DNA of 18,756 nucleotides from Thermoproteaceae archaeon (GTDB lineage: Archaea; Thermoproteota; Thermoprotei; Thermoproteales; Thermoproteaceae): contig JAJHRB010000026.1 of NCBI GenBank assembly GCA_020833025.1, positions 1 to 18,756 on the forward strand. The letters run 5' to 3'. Made by a program: the position numbers and the translations under genes. The notes below the pieces were generated by a model, which did not search any database, was not told where the DNA came from, and saw only the letters and a list, made by a program, of their open reading frames with translations. Shown here piece by piece: positions 1-7,388 of the stretch; position 1 is the stretch's first letter; each line of letters begins with the position of its first letter.

Positions 1-18
1 TTATATTGCCCCATTGCT

Positions 19-223
19 TTGCCCTCTCATGGAGGGGCGCCCCCCGCCGGGCGAGGGGTCCCGCCCGGCGCCGCCGACCAGCTGCCCGGCCGCCTCCTAA
101 GCTGCGCTGGCGCGTTCAGGCCGGCCGAGGGGGGCAGCGCCTCCCGCCCCGCCGCGGCCCCGCCCCGCGATTAGTGAGCGGGGACTCCGGCCCCCGGAGT
201 GCGGCGGGGAGATGAAAGGGGGC
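19..223 (+). repeat. Dispersed GC-rich degenerate element, copy A
   Basis: Manual alignment to 18367-18525. Core 59-116 vs 18391-18448 is 48/58 identical ungapped; 178-217 vs 18481-18520 is 30/40. TTATAT at 1-6 starts 28 nt before ATGGAGGGG (29). Confidence 0.8.
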
Positions 224-288
224 GCAACGCACGGAGCTTCAACCCGCAAACATATGACGGAGATTTCCGCATAATATTGCACAGAGAC

Positions 289-337
289 GAGCCAGCGCCC
301 TGCGCAACCGCAGCCGCCGCAGGGGGCTCTTTTTTTT
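289..337 (+). terminator. GC-rich hairpin followed by a T8 run; putative plus-strand terminator
   Basis: Stem CCCTGCG (298-304) / CGCAGGG (318-324), then TTTTTTTT (330-337). It abuts the stop codon of the convergent PaREP1 gene. Confidence 0.45.
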
Positions 338-887
338 ACCTTTGCGGTAGAGCTCTCTTCACCTCCTCCAGCGCTTTTTCCAGCTCGTCGTTCCACCTGA
401 CGCGTCCCTTAAGCGCCTCCACGCGTCTCGTCAGCTCGGCCGCAAGCCTTGCCACATCCACAGCGGCCTCCTCCCGCCTAGTGTATTTAGACAGGGCCAT
501 GTCGGGATCAGGCCCGTGGTACTGGTAGTCGTGGAGGTCTAATGCGGTAGATGTGACAAATACGAGGCCCGTGTGTCCTATGTCTTCTAGCATGTTTGAG
601 AGGATCTTCATCTTTGTGGTTGGGACGCGGGGTGTCGCCGTTGTTTCCAGCAATTTCTTTTCCTCCTCGGTCTTGGCCATTGCCCTAAGCTTGTCTAGCT
701 CTAGCCGCAACAAGGCGGCCATATACGCCTTCCATGCCTGGAATGCCTTGCCGGCGGCGTTACGCGTAAGTCCCTCCTCCAGGAATCTCAGCGCCAGCCG
801 GGCCTCCACGAGCGCCTCAAGAAGCCTAGCCTCTACGTAAGATGCGTCCGCGGGCTTCGGCAGAGGCCTGTCCAAAACATCAACCAC
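336..887 (-). CDS. PaREP1 family protein (HEPN-like fold)
   Basis: Motifs RPLPKP, EARLLEALVEARLALRFLEEGLTRNAAGKAFQAWKA and ALDLHDYQYHGPDPD are typical of Pyrobaculum PaREP1. Start moved from 926 to GTG 887 because TATTTAAG (913-906) lies about 20 nt upstream. Confidence 0.85.
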   Translation of the reverse strand: MVDVLDRPLPKPADASYVEARLLEALVEARLALRFLEEGLTRNAAGKAFQAWKAYMAALLRLELDKLRAMAKTEEEKKLLETTATPRVPTTKMKILSNMLEDIGHTGLVFVTSTALDLHDYQYHGPDPDMALSKYTRREEAAVDVARLAAELTRRVEALKGRVRWNDELEKALEEVKRALPQR

Positions 888-1083
888 AGATAACTCACCC
901 AACCCACTTAAATACCTAGGCGACACAGTAAGTTACATTGCCTGCTAGGAGGTCGGTTGGCGATCACCTGGAGATTTAGCTCCGGCGTACTTAGAACACA
1001 GGGGGTGGGTAGGTCGGGCGGAGGTTTGTCTTCACGTCTCTGTTTTCGGTACACTTACGTGGGGTCTCCGCCCTGTCTTCATT

Positions 1084-1470
1084 TTATCTCCCGTAGGGCC
1101 TTGCCAGGCGTCTGAGCCTTCTGGCGTGGGCGGGAGGCGGCTGGGCGGCGTCGGCCACCGTGGAGAAGAGGAGCATCAGAAAGCACCAGTTCACAGCGCC
1201 TCTGCATCAGTCGCCTCCTCTAGCCGCCAGCCCAGCAAGGTGTTGTTGTCGTGTGTGCCCGTGTAAGCGGCTAGGTTGCGCTCGTAGTTGTTGGGTTTGT
1301 GCTCGTTGGCGGGGTTTCCGTCCCAGGCGAACTGGAACACCCTCATGCCGGGTATCCCCAGCCGCCTCCTTAGCTCCACGACGTCCGGCGTGATGAAGCC
1401 GGTGTCCTCCGCGATGAGCCGCGGCAGTGCGTCCTCCACGGCTCTGAACAGCTCCTTGCCGGGCCCCGGC
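1084..1470 (-). pseudogene. malQ: 4-alpha-glucanotransferase (amylomaltase, GH77) C-terminal remnant
   Basis: Frame 1 reads GPGKELFRAVEDALPRLIAEDTGFITPDVVELRRRLGIPGMRVFQFAW...AYTGTHDNNT. After a frameshift, 1194-1084 reads VNWCFLMLLFSTVADAA...RRLRRLARPYGR*. The N-terminal two-thirds, including the nucleophile-bearing RIDH motif, and the QD..MN.PG..NW.WR segment are missing. Confidence 0.9.
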
Positions 1471-1499
1471 CCTGGAGTGCGGCTGGGGCTGGAGGGGGC
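1461..1499 (+). repeat. Partial (3') copy C of the dispersed element
   Basis: GGGCCCCGGCCCTGGAGTGCGGCTGGGGCTGGAGGGGGC aligns with gaps to copy A 181-223 (GGGACTCCGGCCCCCGGAGTGCGGCGGGGAGATGAAAGGGGGC). Confidence 0.6.
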
Positions 1500-1568
1500 A
1501 CAGGACTCCGCCCCCTCTAACGGCCGGCGCCCGCGCGCAGACTCTTAAACTGCCGCGCCTCTACGCGC

Positions 1569-1784
1569 GTGGCCGGGGCTCACTATCTGGCCGACCCGCG
1601 GCTCAGGGCCGCCGCGGAGAAGTTTCCCGTCGAGCTGGTGCTCAAGTGCAGGACTGTCTACCAGCTTGTTAGACTGAACAAGCTGGGCCTGGTGCCGCAA
1701 AAGATCGGGGAGAGGGCGAGGGAGATTCTGGAGAGAGAGTGCCCAAGGGAGCTGGTAGAGCTGGTCGCCCCGACAGTTGACTGA
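1569..1784 (+). CDS. Small hypothetical protein (71 aa), probably co-transcribed with glucokinase
   Basis: CTTAAA (1544-1549) lies about 20 nt before the GTG start. Protein-like composition; its end abuts or overlaps the ROK gene start. Confidence 0.65.
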   Translation: MAGAHYLADPRLRAAAEKFPVELVLKCRTVYQLVRLNKLGLVPQKIGERAREILERECPRELVELVAPTVD

Positions 1785-2688
1785 AACGCGCATGAGGGCC
1801 GTTCTCGGCATAGACGTCGGGGCCACGTGGACGCGGGCGCTGCTCGTGGACAGAGACGGGCGCGTCCTGGACAGGGTCAAGGTCAGAACCAGCGACAACC
1901 CGCTGCGCGACATTGCAGAGCGCGTAGCCGGCTGGAATTTCGACGCAGTCGGCATTGGCTCAATAGGCCCGCTCGACTTGAGAAGCGGGTGGGTCGAGGG
2001 CACGCCTAATGCCCCCTCGCGTAGATTCCCGCTGGTAGAGCCGCTCAGAAGATTCGGAAAGCCAATAGTTGCCGCAAATGACTGTGTCGCGGCTGTGTGG
2101 GGCGAGCACGTATTCAGGTACGCCGGTATTCGCAACATGGTTTACGTGACAGTGTCCACGGGAGTCGGCGCCGGCGCTATTATCAACGGGACGCTGCTGC
2201 TCGGCAAGGACGGGAATGCGCACGAGCTTGGCCACGCGGTGATAGACTTTAGGGCGAGGAGGCGGTGTAGATGCGGGGGGCGCGGGCACCTGGAGGCGTT
2301 CGTTGGCGGCGCCAACATTTGCGACGTCTATCGCGAGGTCGCCGGCGAGAGCGTGAGGGAGCCTGCCGAGATTTTCGAGAGGTACAGGCGCGGCATCGAG
2401 GCCGCCGAGAGATTCGTGGACTTGTGGCTCGACGCGCTAGCGGCCGGGCTCGCGACTGTCGCCGCGGCCTACGACCCCGAGCTTATGATAATCGGGGGGG
2501 CCGTCGCGCTGGGCAATTGGGACCTGCTATCGAGAGAGCTCCCGCGACGGCTCAGGGAGTACCTGAGCGTGAGGGAGCCTGCAATAGTGCGCGCGTCTTT
2601 CGGGGACGACGAGGTTGCCGTGGGGGCGGCCGCGCTTGCCTACAAAACGCCGGAGAGCCTGCAGGAGTTCGGCTACCCGAGACTCTAA
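1777..2688 (+). CDS. glk: ROK-family ATP-dependent glucokinase/hexokinase
   Basis: GIDVGAT, GIGSIGPLD, NDCVAA, STGVGAG, GNAHELGH, CRCGGRGHLE. The start may be ATG 1792. Confidence 0.92.
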   Translation: MTETRMRAVLGIDVGATWTRALLVDRDGRVLDRVKVRTSDNPLRDIAERVAGWNFDAVGIGSIGPLDLRSGWVEGTPNAPSRRFPLVEPLRRFGKPIVAANDCVAAVWGEHVFRYAGIRNMVYVTVSTGVGAGAIINGTLLLGKDGNAHELGHAVIDFRARRRCRCGGRGHLEAFVGGANICDVYREVAGESVREPAEIFERYRRGIEAAERFVDLWLDALAAGLATVAAAYDPELMIIGGAVALGNWDLLSRELPRRLREYLSVREPAIVRASFGDDEVAVGAAALAYKTPESLQEFGYPRL

Positions 2689-2712
2689 AAACGCGCGGCA
2701 CCTGCCCGCGCC

Positions 2713-3585
2713 CTAGCTCTCCGGCGCGCCGCTGACGAGCATGACGCTGTCGCTCAGCAGCTCCGTAGTGCTCAGCAGCTCGTGCTTGCCGCTGCTTACG
2801 TCTCTCACCTCGATGAATCTGTTGCCCACGCTGACTACGACCGCCTCGCGCCTCCCTATCCGGATCACGTCGCCAGGCCTGTATGTAAGTATGTGGAGCG
2901 AGTACGTCATGTGGTAAATCCTCCTGCCGCCCCTGAAGCCGACAGCCTTTGCCGCCACAGTGACACTGCTCGGGAAGTGCTTGCGGAGAGCGTGGGCCAG
3001 GTGCTGGGCGAGCTTCGGGGACGTCGTGTAGACATCCAAGCCGTTCCTCAGCTCCTTAACCTCGCTCACGAACCCAACGTTCTTGTCCCTCAGCTTGAAC
3101 AGCTCATGTTCTATTATACTCATGATCTTTTTCCGCTCGACCTCCCCTAGGGCTCTCGGCGTCGCGCGAATCTGCAGCAGCGCGGCCTCTCTCTTGCTCA
3201 GCACCTCCCGGCACGCGTTACAGATGTCGTAGACATAGCGCAGTGACAGTCTGTACGTGAGCTCGCGGGGCTGAAGCGCCGGGTGGGGCGAGCCCCGCAC
3301 TGCCAGCTCGACATCGGCCCCGTCCTCGCGCTCGCGCACCTCTACCCTCTCCACGGCGCCGGCAATTCTCCCATACTCGCCCAAGACCTTAAGAATGACG
3401 TCGGAGAGACTCCTTGCCCTGAGCCACCTGCCCCTTAAGTACACCGCGCCGCAGTACTTGCACCTAAGCACCTCGCACCTCTCCACGCTTACCAGCGGGT
3501 GTCTCTCGAAGTAGCAGTTCTCGCACATGCCCTCAATCAACGCGCGGACCTCCTTGCCGCAGTGCGGGCACGGGAGTTTCGCCAC
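2713..3585 (-). CDS. nmd3: NMD3 family ribosome-associated protein
   Basis: Four CxxC pairs (CPHC, CENC, CKYC, CNAC), EAALLQIR, and GLDVYTTSPKLAQHLA. TATA-like TTAATATT at 3610-3603. Confidence 0.9.
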   Translation of the reverse strand: MAKLPCPHCGKEVRALIEGMCENCYFERHPLVSVERCEVLRCKYCGAVYLRGRWLRARSLSDVILKVLGEYGRIAGAVERVEVREREDGADVELAVRGSPHPALQPRELTYRLSLRYVYDICNACREVLSKREAALLQIRATPRALGEVERKKIMSIIEHELFKLRDKNVGFVSEVKELRNGLDVYTTSPKLAQHLAHALRKHFPSSVTVAAKAVGFRGGRRIYHMTYSLHILTYRPGDVIRIGRREAVVVSVGNRFIEVRDVSSGKHELLSTTELLSDSVMLVSGAPES

Positions 3586-3863
3586 GTCGGAGCATGGCGG
3601 TGAATATTAACGCCTAGGCTCCCCGAGGCGGTTATTTCTGTCTCGGGGCTCACTGCCCTGCTCTGGTTTTTGGCCGTTTTCGCTTGCGGGGACTGTCAGG
3701 GCTCTCTGAGCTCCGGAGGCGTGGGGCTGACAGTCTCGAGCGAGGCCCGCTCTAGAGATCCACTGCCCCCGCCGCGAGCGGCGCCGTGCCATCTCAGGCG
3801 CCGCTCTGTGAGGGGCGCGGTCCCGGGAATCTGGCGCGGATAGCCCCGCTCTCACCGTCTCGC

Positions 3864-3959
3864 TCACACAACTTCGACGTCCTCCTCTCTCAGCTCTTCA
3901 AGCAGTTTCTTCCTGTTCTGACTAGCAAACAGCCTCACCAGAAGCCTCAGTAACCACAC
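3864..3959 (-). CDS. Putative 31-aa microprotein (MWLLRLLVRLFASQNRKKLLEELREEDVEVV), absent from the ORF track
   Basis: GTG at 3959 is 20 nt after TTTAAA (3984-3979). Its stop overlaps the GTG of the 3607-3867 ORF (GTGA). Confidence 0.35.
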   Translation of the reverse strand: MWLLRLLVRLFASQNRKKLLEELREEDVEVV

Positions 3960-4036
3960 CCTCGCTCGCAGGAGCGAGTTTAAACTGCATCGCTTATCAT
4001 ACTCGGTGGGACTTTTAAGGGCGTGAGTAACTACAT

Positions 4037-4273
4037 GTGAGCCCTCGGGGCGTCAAGGTTGCGATGAAGTGCCCGTTTTGCGGCCGCGCTCTCGAGCTCG
4101 TGGAGGACGGCGAGCGCGTGTGGTTCGGATGCGCGGGCTGTTTGCGCTATGTCGTGGCCAGCAAGTGCGAACTCGTGCGGCGCTATATTAATCGCAAGAG
4201 GAGAGTCTTTAACTGGCGGGGCATCGTGCTGGAGCTGTACTCGCTCTACGCCTCCGGCTGGCGCCAGCTCTAG
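4037..4273 (+). CDS. Small zinc-ribbon protein
   Basis: CPFC...CAGC motif; TTTTAAG (4013-4019) upstream. The start may be ATG 4064. Confidence 0.75.
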   Translation: MSPRGVKVAMKCPFCGRALELVEDGERVWFGCAGCLRYVVASKCELVRRYINRKRRVFNWRGIVLELYSLYASGWRQL

Positions 4274-4366
4274 GTAATTGCTTTCTGGCTCGCCTCTGGT
4301 AATGCTGGCGGGCCGTGCGGTACCACGCGCCGGCCTCTCCGCGCCCTCCAGACCCTATCTGCAGAC

Positions 4367-4735
4367 CTAGCTCAGCTCGCCCAGCCTGTACTCCCGCCCG
4401 TGTCTCACGATTTTGATCTCAGTTTTGAGGGGAACCCTAATGCCGGCGCGCAGGAGTATTTCGTAGAGTTCGTAATCGCTCAGCTCCTTGATAGCGCCTT
4501 GCTCGTGCAGCTCGGCTATTCTCCGGAATATCGGCATCACGTAAGGCTTGTAAAGGGCCAGTGCGTTTTCAATTATCTCCTCAGATCTGGACCCCCTGGT
4601 TATCTCCCTTACTATCTTGACGGCCTCGGCATCCGTCAGCTCTCTTCTCTGCGGCTTTGCGAGCTCTTGCATTTTTGATCTCACGAGCTCAAGCGCCTTC
4701 TTGCGCAGTATTGCGTCCACGGCATCTGACGCCAC
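4367..4735 (-). CDS. Conserved helical hypothetical protein, possibly a remote PDCD5-like dsDNA-binding protein
   Basis: Basic N-terminal helix (AILRKKALEL) and a C-terminal ELSDYELYEIL...TEIKIVR pattern reminiscent of archaeal PDCD5 homologues (family call tentative). GTG 4735 is about 20 nt after a TTTTAAA box. Confidence 0.7.
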   Translation of the reverse strand: MASDAVDAILRKKALELVRSKMQELAKPQRRELTDAEAVKIVREITRGSRSEEIIENALALYKPYVMPIFRRIAELHEQGAIKELSDYELYEILLRAGIRVPLKTEIKIVRHGREYRLGELS

Positions 4736-4858
4736 GCGCAATGCCGCGCCGCAATTTAAAAAGTTTTGCCGTGACAGCGGCAAGCCCGCCCCTGGGACAG
4801 ATGGAGGTTAAGTGCTGGCACGCGACACCTCCGCGCCCGGAGCAATGCCGGGAGTGGC

Positions 4859-6406
4859 TCACTCAAGAAACAGCTCGGCCACTACTGTCGGAGTCCTGTG
4901 GCCGAGCGCTACCAGCAGATCCGGGCTCACCTCGGCGATGTATCCCGCCAGGCCTCCTTGCACGAGCGCCGCTCTACCGCGCAGCGCCCACTCGGCCTCA
5001 AGCGGCGAGAGGCGGCACTCTAAACCAAGCCGCCTGCAGAGCGCCTTGAGGACTGAGAGCCCGTCTGTCAGGGTAACGCCGTCGTGACTTATCAGGAAGG
5101 CCGCAGCCCTCACAGTCCTGCCGTCCCTGACGACGTCGCCCACCTCGAATATTTTGGCGCCCCCCCGCCTCATTTGCGCTGCAGTCGCCACTAGCTGCGT
5201 TATCAGCGAGCACCTGACCGTGCTGTGCATCTCAGACACTGGGTTCAGCACGCGGGCGGGCTTGCAGACTCTGGCCACAGACTCGTCCGTGAGCATGTAA
5301 TTGCTGACCTCTGCGAATCCCATTGCGAGCAATGCCCTTCTCACCTCGTCTGAGAAGACCTCCACTCTGTGTCGCCTCCCGCCAGCGACGATTCTCGGGA
5401 CCTCTCTCGGAATTGCATCGTAGCTCATCATCAGCGCGACGTCCTCTGCCACGTCGACCCAGGACAGAACATTTATTCTGTACGGCGGCACTACCACCTC
5501 GCCGTTACTGTAGTCCATGCGCGCTCTCCTAACGAGGGCTGCGAACTCCTCGAGCGCTAGGCGCACTCCCAGCAGCTCGCTAATGGCGCCAACGTCAGCG
5601 CGCACTCTTGTGTACGAGTGCACGTAGGCAAGCCCGCCGCTGACGAGCGCCACTTCCTTACTAGCGCTGCGCTCGAGCAGACCGTACACAAGCACTGACA
5701 TCGCGCTCACAACGGCGCGGGGATCCGTGCCGGTCACATCTATTAGCACGTCCCGCGTGCTTTCTGTGACCTTGCAGCACTCAGAGCCGAGCACGGGAAT
5801 TATCGTCAGTATCTGGCCCGCGCCGTCAACGAGGGCAGGCGGCCTGTCCCTGTTTATGTAGCGCGAGTACCTCCTCCCCTGCTCCGTGAGCTCAAACATG
5901 TCTCTCACTCTCACCGGCCTGTCGAAGCCGAGAGGCACGTACTCGTCCTCCGCGGACACGCGCGTGTAGCGTATTGGCGGCTTCACTCTCGACATGTCGT
6001 AGAGCCCAATTGCGACCTTGCGCCTCGACCTCCCGTACGTCTCGTGAAGCTTCTCTTGCAGTTGGATGACCTGCCTTATTGCCTCGTTGTCGAGCGTAAC
6101 GCCGCGGACTATTGCCATTGATATATACGGCCTCTCCTCAATCACACCTGCCTCGAGCACTACGTCAGACTGCAGGAGTCTAATGGGCGGGAGCCCCGTC
6201 TCTATGCCCAGAACTCCCCGCACGGTCCTCGCCAGGCCCTCGGCGGAAAAGTGATCTGGTCTGTCGTGCGTGACCTCAAGCTTCAGCGAGTCCCCCGCGC
6301 TCTCCTCAATCTCGCACTTTACGTGATTAAGCGCTCTGACTATCTCGTCGAACTTCGCGCCGACGAGCCTCTCCAGGTCGAATTTAGCCACGCTTATGAC
6401 TGGCAC
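4859..6406 (-). CDS. pheT: Phenylalanyl-tRNA synthetase beta subunit
   Basis: LEVTHDRPDHFSAEGLAR, QEKLHETYGRSRRKVAIGLYD, LSWVDVAEDVA, VLNPVSE...RCSL, IFEVGDVV. Confidence 0.95.
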   Translation of the reverse strand: MPVISVAKFDLERLVGAKFDEIVRALNHVKCEIEESAGDSLKLEVTHDRPDHFSAEGLARTVRGVLGIETGLPPIRLLQSDVVLEAGVIEERPYISMAIVRGVTLDNEAIRQVIQLQEKLHETYGRSRRKVAIGLYDMSRVKPPIRYTRVSAEDEYVPLGFDRPVRVRDMFELTEQGRRYSRYINRDRPPALVDGAGQILTIIPVLGSECCKVTESTRDVLIDVTGTDPRAVVSAMSVLVYGLLERSASKEVALVSGGLAYVHSYTRVRADVGAISELLGVRLALEEFAALVRRARMDYSNGEVVVPPYRINVLSWVDVAEDVALMMSYDAIPREVPRIVAGGRRHRVEVFSDEVRRALLAMGFAEVSNYMLTDESVARVCKPARVLNPVSEMHSTVRCSLITQLVATAAQMRRGGAKIFEVGDVVRDGRTVRAAAFLISHDGVTLTDGLSVLKALCRRLGLECRLSPLEAEWALRGRAALVQGGLAGYIAEVSPDLLVALGHRTPTVVAELFLE

Positions 6407-6421
6407 GCGCAAGGGGGGCCG

Positions 6422-6431
6422 TTTTTATATA
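6422..6431. promoter_or_regulatory. TATA element between divergent pheT and the 6455 ORF
   Basis: TTTTTATATA lies about 16-24 nt from both divergent start codons. Confidence 0.6.
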
Positions 6432-6454
6432 GCAGTTCTGCGGCCTTGCACAGC

Positions 6455-6760
6455 GTGAAGGAGCTAGTGGAGCAGTACTTCCGCGAGCTGGAGAGAAAGC
6501 TCGAGGGGTACATCGAGGCCTTCACTGTTGAGTGGAGGCAGCACGAGGCGCTCGCGCAAATCCAGCTGAGAGACGACTTTTACGTCTTCATAGCACTCTC
6601 GTGGGTCGGTGAGGACTGCACGCTTGAGTTCATGATGGGAGATGAAAATGCCGTGATTCAGCTCAGGCACTTAGACAAGCTGGATGCCGCGATATCGGTA
6701 ATCAAAACAGCGTACGAGACGGCGAGGCAGAGCTTTAAGTGCCTCCGGCAATCTCCTTGA
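6455..6760 (+). CDS. Hypothetical protein (101 aa)
   Basis: The track ORF from 6251 overlaps pheT. GTG 6455 (MKELVEQYFRELERK...) lies about 24 nt after the TATA, and its composition is protein-like. Confidence 0.75.
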   Translation: MKELVEQYFRELERKLEGYIEAFTVEWRQHEALAQIQLRDDFYVFIALSWVGEDCTLEFMMGDENAVIQLRHLDKLDAAISVIKTAYETARQSFKCLRQSP

Positions 6761-7328
6761 TTCTCTCCCCCAGAACTCTTATCAGCATCTCGTCGTCCTT
6801 ACGGTCTCTGGGGCTGAGGTAGACCTCCTCCTCCAGTGCTACGTCCCCGCCTCTCTCCGCAAAGTAGAGTAATCTCACCGGCCTGTCAATGCCCGCGCGT
6901 CTGTATGCCATTCTCATGACCTTGGCTGCGAGGGACCACTCTGCCTTAACTCTCCACTCGCCTCCCCTCAGCACGTGGCTCTTCAGCTCGACTATCTCGC
7001 GCCTCCCGTCGGCGTAGCGCACGAGGAAGTCTGCCTGGACCATGAGGGTTGCGGCAGGAAGTCTCAGCGGGACCGGCGGGGCGCGCTTAGCCCTAGCGAT
7101 CCTTCTTGCCCACGATACTAGCTTTGCAAGCTTAGCGAAGGCGCCGGAGTGGGGCTCGCCGTAGCGCTCAATGAAGGCCCGCATTGCTGCAACGACGTCC
7201 TTTACCTTAATGAGAATTAGCACAGCCCTCTCGAACGCCTTGCCGTAGAGAGAGCTGGCATCGTCGGGGCTCTGGAGTTTCAGGAGATCGCTGAGGCGGA
7301 GCTTCAGCCTCCTGAAACCAAGATCCAT
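6735..7328 (-). CDS. PD-(D/E)XK superfamily nuclease (RecB/Cas4-like layout, no cysteines)
   Basis: LRLSDL, YGKAFERAV, QADFLV (motif II Asp), IVELKS (motif III ExK), followed by a helix ending in AY. Confidence 0.65.
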   Translation of the reverse strand: MDLGFRRLKLRLSDLLKLQSPDDASSLYGKAFERAVLILIKVKDVVAAMRAFIERYGEPHSGAFAKLAKLVSWARRIARAKRAPPVPLRLPAATLMVQADFLVRYADGRREIVELKSHVLRGGEWRVKAEWSLAAKVMRMAYRRAGIDRPVRLLYFAERGGDVALEEEVYLSPRDRKDDEMLIRVLGERIKEIAGGT

Positions 7329-7350
7329 AAGAACTCTGCAGGATCTGCAG

Positions 7351-7360
7351 TAAATTTATA
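7351..7360. promoter_or_regulatory. Bidirectional TATA shared by the nuclease and the C5 methyltransferase
   Basis: TAAATTTATA is 23 nt from ATG 7328 (-) and 29 nt from GTG 7389 (+). It is the only AT-rich box between them. Confidence 0.6.
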
Positions 7361-7388
7361 GTTTTTGAAGCAAGATACCTGCACTTGC

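Noticed and set aside
89-105. tRNA anticodon-arm-like motif in the repeat (CUCCUAA in copy A, CUUUCAA in copy B)
   Set aside because: The 5-bp stem has a central pyrimidine mismatch in both copies, and no D-arm, T-arm or acceptor stem can be built.
1017-1080. 8-bp inverted repeat GGGCGGAG/CTCCGCCC with two TGTCTTCA direct repeats
   Set aside because: Too short and irregular to call an element or an sRNA.
1390-1447. GTGATGA...CTGA resembling a C/D sRNA
   Set aside because: It lies antisense to malQ codons (FITP, LFRA), which explain it. D' and C' boxes are poor.
2254-2300. ROK zinc motif with His in place of the third Cys (CRCGGRGHLE)
   Set aside because: Variation of this ligand occurs among ROK kinases, so it is not evidence of novelty.
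3947-4000. Minus-strand ATGATAA...CTGA of C/D-like length
   Set aside because: The C box is imperfect, there is no D'/C' pair, and the interior holds a TATA and a hairpin better explained as a promoter.
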